From a virus, in the IMG/VR virus record IMGVR_UViG_3300011115_000717, positions 1 through 64,000 of that record: a stretch of DNA of 64,000 bases. One strand, 5' to 3'. A program made the translations under genes and the position numbers. Below, one piece after another: positions 1-8,412 of this stretch. Numbering within the stretch: the first letter of the stretch is position 1; every line of letters begins with the position of its first letter. The notes below the pieces were generated by a model. It searched no databases. It was not told where the DNA came from and worked only from the letters and a program-made list of their open reading frames with translations.

Positions 1-271
1 TTTAACAAAATATAATTTAGTTGGAGACAAAATAACGTATACAAACGAACAAACAGGTAAATTGTTTAGAGTTTATGAAGAATTAAAATCTACCTGGATG
101 CTTACCGGAGCGACATATGATCCCCCAGCATTTCAGGGTGGTTGGGATTTATCGAGTGGATGTTCAGACTTTGCTATAGATAAGTTCTATGGATTCCTTA
201 AATATGAAAATGGAAATACTGCTATGTATGGAGTTGCTTCAGATTTAACTTGTTTATCAATTACAGATTAA
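1..271 (+). CDS. hypothetical protein, 5' truncated by window edge
   Basis: Frame is open from position 2 (LTKYNLVGDK...) through the track ORF to TAA at 271. Confidence 0.6.
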   Translation, partial: LTKYNLVGDKITYTNEQTGKLFRVYEELKSTWMLTGATYDPPAFQGGWDLSSGCSDFAIDKFYGFLKYENGNTAMYGVASDLTCLSITD

Positions 272-286
272 AAATAGGAAAAATAT

Positions 287-841
287 ATGAATTTTAATAA
301 TAATCATTTTGTGTCAGGAGAATCGTATTCAGGAGATGGTGTAAACACATTTACACGAGATAGTTTAAATACAAATCCGGGATTAGATGTAGGGCTTTAT
401 ACAGAAACTAAAAACGAAACTGCACCATCAGAATATAGTAAATATATTAATTTTAACTTTACTATTAAAAAAGTAATAAAAATACATAAACATTTAATAG
501 GATCCGGAGACATAATAGATTATGTTACGTCTATTACTGGTATTAAAAGATTTATAATTTATATTACAAAAGGTAATTGTGGATGTGAAAATAGAAGAAA
601 AAAATTCAATAAAATTTTAACGATTCCTTATTATACTATATCTATTAATAATTTTTCATATATTGATGAAATTGTAAGCGGCTACAAAAAAGAAACAGTT
701 AAAATTAAATCAAATTCAACTTCTTTTGATCAAATTTCAGCTGAACATATGCAAGGTCATATTGCACTATTTGCACCAAAACAAACATTGGTTACACAAT
801 CAAAAAAATCAGGTTGTGGGTGTGCAAATAAAAAACGTTGA
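287..841 (+). CDS. hypothetical protein with two CGC motifs
   Basis: 184 aa ORF with AGGA upstream; GSGDIIDYVTSITGIK...NCGCENRRKKFN and C-terminal SGCGCANKKR. Confidence 0.7.
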   Translation: MNFNNNHFVSGESYSGDGVNTFTRDSLNTNPGLDVGLYTETKNETAPSEYSKYINFNFTIKKVIKIHKHLIGSGDIIDYVTSITGIKRFIIYITKGNCGCENRRKKFNKILTIPYYTISINNFSYIDEIVSGYKKETVKIKSNSTSFDQISAEHMQGHIALFAPKQTLVTQSKKSGCGCANKKR

Positions 842-866
842 CAATTCAAATAATATGTGATATAAT
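838..866 (+). promoter_or_regulatory. sigma70-type (early) promoter
   Basis: Perfect TTGACA (838-843), 17 bp spacer, TATAAT (861-866). Confidence 0.85.
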
Positions 867-887
867 ACAATTAACGAAAGGTTACAC

Positions 888-1181
888 ATGGAAATTAAGT
901 ATTTTAAGATGATGAATGGTGAAGAAGTAATTGCAAAAGCCAAAAAGGTAAACTCTGATTGGTACATGGAAGACCCTGCTCAAATTATTCATTTACAGGA
1001 ATATAAGCTAGGGTTAGCAAACTGGCTACCGTACACAACAATCAAAGAAGGTGCATTGATTCCTAGTACCGCAATCATGTTTGCTACTGATGTAGCAGAA
1101 GACATGATTGAATATTATGGTCGGTGGGTTGACCCAAATCTTGTTGTAGAACAAGATGCAGTTACTGAAGTGACTAAGTAA
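888..1181 (+). CDS. small Sm-like fold protein of T4-like phages
   Basis: IKYFKMMNGEEVIA...MEDPAQI...LANWLPY pattern; GAAAGG RBS. Confidence 0.6.
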   Translation: MEIKYFKMMNGEEVIAKAKKVNSDWYMEDPAQIIHLQEYKLGLANWLPYTTIKEGALIPSTAIMFATDVAEDMIEYYGRWVDPNLVVEQDAVTEVTK

Positions 1182-1186
1182 TTTTA

Positions 1187-1193
1187 ATAAATA
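1187..1193 (+). promoter_or_regulatory. T4-type late promoter (ATAAATA)
   Basis: Intergenic ATAAATA 5 nt before the GTG at 1199. Confidence 0.55.
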
Positions 1194-1198
1194 TTTGC

Positions 1199-1480
1199 GT
1201 GTTTAAAGGCAAATATAAAAAGAAACTATCTGATGGTTCTTTGGCTACGTATTCCACAAATGATGTTGTTATGTTTCATGGAAAATTATACGCAGCCAAA
1301 GAACCTATTTCTTTGTCTCCACTAGAAAACACAAATTCATGGACTTTTGTTGGCTCTACTGAAATTTTTAATTCAGACAACCCACCGTTAAATCCAGAGA
1401 TTGGACAAATCTGGGTTAAAGATGGTATATATTATTCTTATTACTACGATGGTAACAACTATGCTTGGGTTGCTATTTAA
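1199..1480 (+). CDS. small putative virion/fibre-associated protein
   Basis: C-terminal PPLNPEIGQIW...YYYDGNNYAWV resembles the PGFTHGDRW...YVNDGNTPQWV segment of the 52091 fibre protein. Confidence 0.55.
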   Translation: MFKGKYKKKLSDGSLATYSTNDVVMFHGKLYAAKEPISLSPLENTNSWTFVGSTEIFNSDNPPLNPEIGQIWVKDGIYYSYYYDGNNYAWVAI

Positions 1481-2805
1481 TTTACTAAAACTATAAGTTC
1501 TAGAATAGAAGTAGTTTCTCGTTCTAATCTAAGAAATATATTTGTATTCAATCTGGTTTCTGTACCAGCAAATACAAACGCAGCACCTTCGGTTCCAGGT
1601 GTACCAAGTAAATAAGACAAACCTGTTAATGGAATTGAACAATTTCTGTCAGCAAAAGCACTAATAAGTGTTCCATAATTTCTAGAATCCGATAAATCAA
1701 TTTTGAAATTAATATCACGAACAAATGAACCAGCTGTAATTGTTAATGTATTTGTTACAATTTCATCAACATAAATTTCATTTATAGTTGTGTTAGATAA
1801 CAGTAACGGTATTTGAAAATCTGTTGAAGGGACAAAATCAGTTACCACAGATTTTCTATAAGTTAAGTGATATAATTTTAACAGTTCTAAAGATATCGGT
1901 GTGGTAATTGGTGTGTTGGTTGATAAATTTAAACTTTTTAAAGTTGTATTCTGGTACCACGATTTTAAAATATCATAAGTTGCAGTAGTCAAATATCGCA
2001 ACTCAAATTGTTTTTTATTCTGATACTCAATAAATCTAGTAAAGACACCCGGGTCAACGTAGTTATATCTAACGACACCGTTGATGGTTTCGTCATAGTT
2101 TAATGCTTCGATACTTGGGATACCGCGCATATACGTAGATACTAAACTATTCTGAAAATATAGATTTTCATTTGTGATCGTAGATGATTGGGATAGTAAT
2201 ACAACTTCTGATCCATCATTTAACACAGTAAAGTTTTTAACCGGAATACGTCCAGTGTTTGAAGTACTCTTTTCGACTTCAACATATTCTTCATAACCAA
2301 AATCACTACCGTATAAACCAAGGTACTTAAGGTTTAATGGGTCATTATTTGGTAACTTAGACAGTAAAATATTTGCTGTAGAACCATTAATGGTTGTAAA
2401 CTGAATTGCATCTGTAAATAAGTTTGCATCATATATGCCAGCTGCTAATCCAGATGTACCAGTTAAACCAGAAAAATATAAAAACTCATTATATGCTCCG
2501 GTTTTTCCCTGCAAAGTAAATTGACCAGACCACGTTGTCTTTGCACCTGTATCGATGTTTACGTAAACACCAGAACTAAACGCACAAGTATTACCAACAG
2601 ACATAGTATCAAAAAAGATTTTTAAGAATTTTAAATCGTTTGAATTTTTACTATGAGAATAATTAAAGAAATAACTATTTCCCGAAGCCAAAATATTTGG
2701 AGTCGATTGAATAATTCCTTTAGTTAAACATGGATTTGCTGTTGCCCCAACAAATTCCAAAGTAAAGGATTGTGTTGATTTTACTACTGTTAGTGGGACA
2801 GCCAT
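1477..2805 (-). CDS. hypothetical putative structural protein
   Basis: 442 aa, Ser/Thr/Asn-rich, beta-strand-like; downstream of a late promoter. Confidence 0.6.
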   Translation of the reverse strand: MAVPLTVVKSTQSFTLEFVGATANPCLTKGIIQSTPNILASGNSYFFNYSHSKNSNDLKFLKIFFDTMSVGNTCAFSSGVYVNIDTGAKTTWSGQFTLQGKTGAYNEFLYFSGLTGTSGLAAGIYDANLFTDAIQFTTINGSTANILLSKLPNNDPLNLKYLGLYGSDFGYEEYVEVEKSTSNTGRIPVKNFTVLNDGSEVVLLSQSSTITNENLYFQNSLVSTYMRGIPSIEALNYDETINGVVRYNYVDPGVFTRFIEYQNKKQFELRYLTTATYDILKSWYQNTTLKSLNLSTNTPITTPISLELLKLYHLTYRKSVVTDFVPSTDFQIPLLLSNTTINEIYVDEIVTNTLTITAGSFVRDINFKIDLSDSRNYGTLISAFADRNCSIPLTGLSYLLGTPGTEGAAFVFAGTETRLNTNIFLRLERETTSILELIVLVN

Positions 2806-2807
2806 AT

Positions 2808-3728
2808 TTAACTAGCCATGTATGAAATTATTTGTGTGGATGACTTGGCGCGAATATAAATTTTATTCAGGTTGATTACATCCAAGAAAACATTCTGACC
2901 AGGATCAAGTTCATATCCTGTAACTGCAGCACCATCTGAGTGAATATAGATCAAGTCTGTATTCGCAGAGGATGCTTTCAGATTTACGCCACTCCCGGAA
3001 GTATAACCAGAAGCCAACAACCAAGTAACTCCAGTTGTTGCGGTAACTCTGCCAGCAGTAAACACTGATGGTCTTGCCGCACCAGACGCAATCAAGGCTG
3101 CGTTCAGGGTAGTCATCAACCCATAGATGGCAGTCATTCCAGTTAGAATATTTGTATCATTGATACCAGCGGTACCCGTTACAGTAACATTTTGTGATAC
3201 ACCACCAGAGAGACCTTCAACTCTCAGAGCAGAAGTAGATCCATAATTTTGTACGTAGATAACTGGATTAATACTCGCAGTTATATTAATATCTTGGAGA
3301 TAAACTTTAAGAGCATCGCCAGATACACCGATGGCTGTATTGCCTACAGTGACAAGAGCAGAGCGAATAAAAGGGTTACCATCGTAACCATATACCTTAA
3401 TGCTGGAGTTCGTATACGTGAGAGGAATGCCCCCAGTGATCGCTATGGGAGCTCCGCTGACACCAAGGACACTTACGGTCCCCTGAACAGTTACAGGACC
3501 TCCTGCGCTATTTCCTTGTACAATTATAGGCGTAGTAAAATTAACAATGTTTGCAGTGATACCTGCTGATAGGATGACAGGTAGCGGGGTAGTACTACTG
3601 ACAACTGTAGAGCTGGCAGTATTACCATAGGCCATTTTAAAGACCTGGTAATGACTACCGCTTACTTCATTGGTAGCAAGAGAGGCGGTAAGTCCTGATG
3701 CAATATTTACTGTAATATTATTTGCCAT
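2808..3728 (-). CDS. putative virion structural protein, G-x-T/S-rich
   Basis: 306 aa, Gly/Thr/Ser/Val-rich; GGAG RBS and CTAAATA upstream. Confidence 0.65.
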   Translation of the reverse strand: MANNITVNIASGLTASLATNEVSGSHYQVFKMAYGNTASSTVVSSTTPLPVILSAGITANIVNFTTPIIVQGNSAGGPVTVQGTVSVLGVSGAPIAITGGIPLTYTNSSIKVYGYDGNPFIRSALVTVGNTAIGVSGDALKVYLQDINITASINPVIYVQNYGSTSALRVEGLSGGVSQNVTVTGTAGINDTNILTGMTAIYGLMTTLNAALIASGAARPSVFTAGRVTATTGVTWLLASGYTSGSGVNLKASSANTDLIYIHSDGAAVTGYELDPGQNVFLDVINLNKIYIRAKSSTQIISYMAS

Positions 3729-3747
3729 TGATACTCCGAATCACATA

Positions 3748-3754
3748 TATTTAG
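3748..3754 (-). promoter_or_regulatory. late promoter (CTAAATA)
   Basis: tatttag on the + strand, 19 nt upstream of the 3728 start. Confidence 0.6.
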
Positions 3755-3767
3755 GGTATTATAAGTA

Positions 3768-3796
3768 TTGATATTTTTTTTAAATTCTGGTATAAT
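3768..3796 (+). promoter_or_regulatory. sigma70-type promoter of gp33, probably leaderless
   Basis: TTGATA, 17 bp spacer ending TGG, TATAAT; ATG 6 nt downstream. Confidence 0.7.
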
Positions 3797-3802
3797 ATCT
3801 AC

Positions 3803-4039
3803 ATGTATCTAGACGAAAATATAAAATTAACATTTTCAAGCAAAGTACTTGAAAGAGTACAAAAAACAAAATTATCATATATGGATTGTGTGTTGGAATT
3901 GGCAGAGGAAATGAATATTGAACCAGGTGCTGCTGGGAAACTTTTAACAAAACCTTTAATTGAAAAAATTCAAGAAGAAGCAAAAGAATTGCATCTTATG
4001 AAAGCAGTTAAAGGAAAAAAGTTACCGATTGATGGTTGA
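3803..4039 (+). CDS. gp33: late transcription coactivator gp33
   Basis: FSSKVLE...LSYMDCVL...EPGAAGKLLTKPLIEKIQEEA...KLPI; immediately before gp32. Confidence 0.9.
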   Translation: MYLDENIKLTFSSKVLERVQKTKLSYMDCVLELAEEMNIEPGAAGKLLTKPLIEKIQEEAKELHLMKAVKGKKLPIDG

Positions 4040-4063
4040 CATTCACCCTAAATATGATAGAAT
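4036..4063 (+). promoter_or_regulatory. gp32 promoter: sigma70-type with embedded late CTAAATA
   Basis: TTGACA (4036-4041), 16 bp spacer, TAGAAT (4058-4063); CTAAATA at 4048-4054. Confidence 0.7.
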
Positions 4064-4069
4064 AAACAA

Positions 4070-4116
4070 ATCAAGGTAGGTCCTTGATAATTTTCATGGT
4101 CTGGGTAGTCCCCAGA
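4070..4116 (+). promoter_or_regulatory. two hairpins in the gp32 leader
   Basis: ATCAAGG-TAGGT-CCTTGAT and TCTGGG-TAGTC-CCCAGA directly before the GAAAGG RBS. Confidence 0.6.
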
Positions 4117-4129
4117 GAAAGGTCACTAT

Positions 4130-4993
4130 ATGGGATCGTTTTCAGATTTTAAGAAGCGTAGTAAGAATTCTATCGAGGACTTGAGCAAGAAGCTAGTCAG
4201 CCTGAATAGTAAAGAAAACTATAAGGATGATCGGTTTTGGAAGCCAGGAGTTGATGCATCCAAGAATGGTTACGCTGTAATTCGTTTTCTTCCGTCCATT
4301 GAGACCGAAGAAGTTCCCTTCATTAAACTTTATACTCACGCCTTTAAGGGCAAGGGTGGCTGGTTTATTGAAAATTGTCGCACCACATTTGGCGAAAAGT
4401 GCCCAGTGTGCGAAGCCAATACCGAACTCTGGAACAGTGGATTAGAGGAGGACAAGGACATTGCACGATCACGTAAGCGTAAGCTTAATTACATCAGCAA
4501 TATTTTGGTCATCAGCGATCCATCAAATTCAGAAAATGAAGGTAAGGTATTTCTCTTCAAGTATGGAACAAAGATCTTTGAGAAGGTTCAGGCACTTATG
4601 TCTCCTGAATTCAAGGATGAGACTCCCGTTGATCCCTTTAATTTCTGGGAAGGCGCAGACTTCAAACTCAAGATTCGTAATGTCGGTGGTTATGTAAACT
4701 ACGACAGAAGTGAATTTTCAGCTCCAGCACCATTGTTTGGTGGAGATGACAAGAAGCTTGAGGTTCTGTGGAAGAAGCAATATGCTTTGGCTGAGTTTGT
4801 GAATCCTACTGGCTTTAAGTCATATGACGAAGTCAAGGAGCGATTCAAGAAGACTGTTGGGGATGATATCCGCGAACAGTTTGATGAGGCAAATGAGAAG
4901 ACTGTTGAGGATGACTCAGCAGTAGAACAGATTCCATCGGAAGATACCGATACTCTGGACTACTTCAAGTCTCTAAAGAGTAAACAAGACTAA
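4130..4993 (+). CDS. gp32: single-stranded DNA-binding protein gp32
   Basis: DDRFWKP...NGYAVIRFLP...HAFKG...IENC...CPVCE...EGKVFLFKYGTKIF...PFNFWEGADFKLK. Confidence 0.97.
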   Translation: MGSFSDFKKRSKNSIEDLSKKLVSLNSKENYKDDRFWKPGVDASKNGYAVIRFLPSIETEEVPFIKLYTHAFKGKGGWFIENCRTTFGEKCPVCEANTELWNSGLEEDKDIARSRKRKLNYISNILVISDPSNSENEGKVFLFKYGTKIFEKVQALMSPEFKDETPVDPFNFWEGADFKLKIRNVGGYVNYDRSEFSAPAPLFGGDDKKLEVLWKKQYALAEFVNPTGFKSYDEVKERFKKTVGDDIREQFDEANEKTVEDDSAVEQIPSEDTDTLDYFKSLKSKQD

Positions 4994-4995
4994 AG

Positions 4996-5017
4996 AGAGC
5001 CCCTGAAAAGGGGCTCT
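4996..5017. terminator. intrinsic terminator hairpin between convergent genes
   Basis: AGAGCCCCT-GAAA-AGGGGCTCT followed by a T-rich tract. Confidence 0.85.
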
Positions 5018-5019
5018 TC

Positions 5020-5682
5020 TTATTTTACTCTATATGATGGTGTGCTAGAAATTTGATTAGCGGTCATAGTAAATAAAGACTGTGAGTTTTGAATGGTAAC
5101 GTGTTCACTGTCATAATCTTTTGAACCTTTATCTTTATTTGATTGGTTTACTGTTGATGCAATATTTTCAAAGGCAGGTTGTAACATCTTCAATGTATCT
5201 TTTTGAAGTTTTTTTCCTGTCATTTGTTTAATTTTTTTATCCATTTCATCTAACATAGCTTCATTATTTTTTATATTATCTGCTGTTGGCGATTTTGCAT
5301 TTAATTTTCTTGTTTCTGCCTGTATCATAGGAGCTGTTGGTGCTTTTGGAATCAAAGCTTTTATTAACTCTACTCCCTTTGGTCTATTTTTATCAACTTT
5401 TAATTTCTCAATAGTTTCTGCTTGAGGTATTGCAGCCTGTGGAATAATAGCAGATGGTTTAAAAGCAGCTGGTGCAGTTGGATTAAGTAATTTTTGAGAA
5501 CTTAAAATTGCTGGATTTTGTGTATTAAGTAATTTTGGTGCATTTAAAAGTGATGGAATAGTATTAGTTGGTTGTGGTGTAACAGGAAGTGTTGGTGTCG
5601 TTGGTGGTGCAGATAATTTAATTTTATCCATAGCACTTTCTTTACTATCTGTTCCCAACATTGCTTTTTTATTTTTATCCAT
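5020..5682 (-). CDS. Pro/Lys-rich protein at the gp29 (tape measure) syntenic position
   Basis: 220 aa low-complexity ORF directly after gp51; function inferred only from position. Confidence 0.45.
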   Translation of the reverse strand: MDKNKKAMLGTDSKESAMDKIKLSAPPTTPTLPVTPQPTNTIPSLLNAPKLLNTQNPAILSSQKLLNPTAPAAFKPSAIIPQAAIPQAETIEKLKVDKNRPKGVELIKALIPKAPTAPMIQAETRKLNAKSPTADNIKNNEAMLDEMDKKIKQMTGKKLQKDTLKMLQPAFENIASTVNQSNKDKGSKDYDSEHVTIQNSQSLFTMTANQISSTPSYRVK

Positions 5683-5684
5683 AT

Positions 5685-5876
5685 TTATCTCATTAAATCA
5701 GAATTATATTGTTCTTGTTTGTTTTGATTTTCTTCTTCGAGATGACTTTGTAACATGTTTAAATATATTTCATATTCCCATGGATACATATTTTCAATCT
5801 CAGATACTGATAGTCTCTGTGAATTTGTTAGTAAGAAGACCATTTTATAATAGTCAACTAAACTAAAATAATTCAC
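5685..5876 (-). CDS. gp51: baseplate hub assembly catalyst gp51-like
   Basis: SLVDYYK...LSVSEIENMYPWEYEIYLNML; follows gp26. Confidence 0.8.
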   Translation of the reverse strand: MNYFSLVDYYKMVFLLTNSQRLSVSEIENMYPWEYEIYLNMLQSHLEEENQNKQEQYNSDLMR

Positions 5877-5878
5877 GC

Positions 5879-6556
5879 TCAGGTAAAAAAACGCAAAAAG
5901 CCCTCAACAACAATAGTTTCTTCTCCATTAGCAACATCATAAGTTAATTTAGGACCATCTTTTAAGAAGTTTTTTAAGAGTTTAATTTCACTTAAATAAA
6001 TTTCATCTAAGATTTTAGTAATATCACTGGACTTAAATAAACTAATATCATGTCTTTTATTACCAATGGTTATCACTTTTATGATTTTAGTTAATAACTT
6101 ATCGTCATCAATTGATGTTAAATCATAATAATCACATACTTTTGGTTGTGATACTGTTAAAATAATATTTTTGTTAGTTGAAATATCTTTTGTTAAAGCT
6201 CCATTATTAAATTTAATATTGGGGATGTTTAATTCAAAATTAACTGGAATCGGACCATCCAAAGATAATTTAATATTTTCTTCTACACTTTTAGCTCTTA
6301 TCTGTAAGAATAAAAATTCTAAGTCAGCAAGATATAACTGTTCTGGGTTTTTAATATTAGAGCAACTTTTTAAAATATTACAGATATTTTTTAATATGCT
6401 ACCAACATGAGTTTCTTCTGAAATAATAGATATAGTTTTTTGGTCTCTTATTTTGAAAGGGCTATAGAATACATCAGTTCCACTCACAGGTAAAACTGTT
6501 TTGTATTCTGGTTGCGCAGTTTTTATATCATTTAAAATTGTATCAATGTCTGTCAT
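5879..6556 (-). CDS. gp26: baseplate hub subunit/chaperone gp26
   Basis: PEYKTVLPVSG...YSPF...DLEFLFLQIRAKSVEE...EGFLRFF. Confidence 0.88.
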   Translation of the reverse strand: MTDIDTILNDIKTAQPEYKTVLPVSGTDVFYSPFKIRDQKTISIISEETHVGSILKNICNILKSCSNIKNPEQLYLADLEFLFLQIRAKSVEENIKLSLDGPIPVNFELNIPNIKFNNGALTKDISTNKNIILTVSQPKVCDYYDLTSIDDDKLLTKIIKVITIGNKRHDISLFKSSDITKILDEIYLSEIKLLKNFLKDGPKLTYDVANGEETIVVEGFLRFFT

Positions 6557-6563
6557 AGTGTTA

Positions 6564-7157
6564 TTAATCTGCTTCTAGAGTAAGATCGTAATATCGAAAA
6601 GCAAAACGTACAGTTATTTTTAAATATTCATTGGTGTTTAATGAAGAAAATTGAATAGGTGCAATCTCTACAGGAAAAATTTCATAAAACTTATATGTTG
6701 CTGTAGGTGTACCATTCAAATTAAGAACATCTAATGTCATTTGATTATTTTTTACTGAAACACCATAATATTCACTTATCCAAGCCTTTGATCCTGAGCC
6801 TGGATTTTGGTAATATAAATTTTTCATCCAATTATCAAAAGCCTGTGGTAATCTATAATCACCAAAAACAGGAAACGTGACAAGCACACCGTCTTTATAG
6901 GAAATACCTCTAGGTTGAGATCTCCCTAATCCTGGACCAGCCAAACCATCAGCTTGTGTATTTATTACGACGTCAGGAAGTAATACTGTTTCAGCAATAT
7001 ATGTTTTTGGTGCACCATCCCCTCCTGGGTTTGCAGTAAAGAAACTAGGTAAATACTCCCCAGAAAATTTAATTAAAAATCTGTTTGCTCTTTGTAAACC
7101 ACCAGAAGCCGTAATTTTTTCTTTTAATGCTGAGATTGAGGTATTGATATCAGGCAC
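6564..7157 (-). CDS. tail-tube-fold baseplate/tube initiator (gp54-like)
   Basis: GLQRANRF...FDNWM...YEIFPVEIAPIQFS...TVRFAFRYY; lies between gp4 and gp26. Confidence 0.7.
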   Translation of the reverse strand: MPDINTSISALKEKITASGGLQRANRFLIKFSGEYLPSFFTANPGGDGAPKTYIAETVLLPDVVINTQADGLAGPGLGRSQPRGISYKDGVLVTFPVFGDYRLPQAFDNWMKNLYYQNPGSGSKAWISEYYGVSVKNNQMTLDVLNLNGTPTATYKFYEIFPVEIAPIQFSSLNTNEYLKITVRFAFRYYDLTLEAD

Positions 7158-7566
7158 AGAATATGTCCTTTTCTGTTAAAATTTGAAATTGCATTTGATG
7201 TTTTTCACAAAATTTTTCTGCTGCATTCCATTTTGCTTTATTGATTTCAAAAATTAATTTGTCTTTACTTGACGCTGATTCTTTTAGGTGAACCTGTTTT
7301 AATGGTTTGACTTCTACTATAATTGATTTGTGTATATTATTTTGTTCAACTTGAATCAAAAAATCAGGAATATATCTATGTACTTGTTTGTCAACAGGAT
7401 GAACATATGGAATTTCAATTTCCTCAAATGACCATTTTTTGATCTTTTCACTTTCATCAAAAAATTTACAAACTCTTCGTTCCCACAAAGATCTACATTT
7501 TATGGAGTTTTTAGATCCTATGTATTTGTTAGGGTTTTTAGGAGTAAATGTAGTTTTATATGCCAT
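7150..7566 (-). CDS. gp4: head completion nuclease gp4
   Basis: PKNPNKYIG...RSLWER...WSFEE...IPY...HRYIPDF...VEVKP...NKAKW...F.ILTE. Confidence 0.92.
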   Translation of the reverse strand: MAYKTTFTPKNPNKYIGSKNSIKCRSLWERRVCKFFDESEKIKKWSFEEIEIPYVHPVDKQVHRYIPDFLIQVEQNNIHKSIIVEVKPLKQVHLKESASSKDKLIFEINKAKWNAAEKFCEKHQMQFQILTEKDIFCA

Positions 7567-7575
7567 GGACTAGAA

Positions 7576-7601
7576 TATTTAGGTTATATTCCTGCTAAAT
7601 A
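7576..7601. promoter_or_regulatory. divergent late promoters for gp4 and gp48
   Basis: CTAAATA on the - strand (7576-7582) and on the + strand (7595-7601). Confidence 0.7.
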
Positions 7602-7608
7602 ATTTTAT

Positions 7609-8412
7609 ATGCCAGTCTATCGCTATCCTCTTGATCCATATGATGTTGAAATACCATTTTGGTGTGCCTTTAAATGTGCTGAATATTCTGTGATTAATGA
7701 AAAAAGAACAAGAGCACATATAAATGCGAATCCAATAGCTACAATTCTGTTACCTTTTACTGGTGAACCTAAGATGACAATGGAACATAAATTTGTAGAA
7801 GGTACTAATCCAGTGGGTCCAGTTTTGAGTCTGGCTGGACTTAAAAATTCAAGTGGTGGTGATGAGGGATTTTTAGAAAGACTTTCTGCACCAGCTGCCG
7901 CTTTTTATGAAACAACATTCACTACGGATACTTATAGAAGATTTAGTAATGTTACGGAAGCTTCAATGACTAGTGAAGCACGCAGAACGTTTACTTTTAA
8001 ATATTTACTTGTTCCAAAAAATGACAATGAAGCAGAAGCTGTTGATAATATAGCAAAAACTTTTCGGAATTTGTCTTATCCTAAAATTGTTCCAGGGTTA
8101 CCTGAAAGAAGTATGCCACAAAATATTTGGACTATATCTGCTATTGGTAATGTTGCTGGCGCAGAAAGTGATCCCAGTATAACTAATAGTTGGTTGGGCG
8201 ATCCGTTACCATGTGTCTTACAACACATGGAAGTTGATAAAGGAGACCCAGCAGATCCAGTTTTAAAGATTCTTCCCAACTCAAAATCTTTAATGACTTT
8301 ATTAACTATTACGTTTTTAGAATTTGAAACAGGAACTTATGCTCCTGACTTTCAGGGTGGTCTATTATTATCAAAATCTGAAGTATCATATTTAGGGGAC
8401 GCAGCAGGATGA
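7609..8412 (+). CDS. gp48: baseplate tail-tube cap gp48-like
   Basis: RRTFTFKYLLVPKNDNEAEAVDNIAKTFR...YP...PCVL...LTITFLE; precedes gp53. Confidence 0.75.
   Translation: MPVYRYPLDPYDVEIPFWCAFKCAEYSVINEKRTRAHINANPIATILLPFTGEPKMTMEHKFVEGTNPVGPVLSLAGLKNSSGGDEGFLERLSAPAAAFYETTFTTDTYRRFSNVTEASMTSEARRTFTFKYLLVPKNDNEAEAVDNIAKTFRNLSYPKIVPGLPERSMPQNIWTISAIGNVAGAESDPSITNSWLGDPLPCVLQHMEVDKGDPADPVLKILPNSKSLMTLLTITFLEFETGTYAPDFQGGLLLSKSEVSYLGDAAG

Noticed and set aside
5682-5688. ATAAATA on the - strand before the 5682 gene
   Set aside because: Overlaps the start codon, so it cannot drive this gene; likely chance in AT-rich DNA
7150-7566. TnsA-like nuclease as a mobile element
   Set aside because: Motifs and position match the core head completion protein gp4
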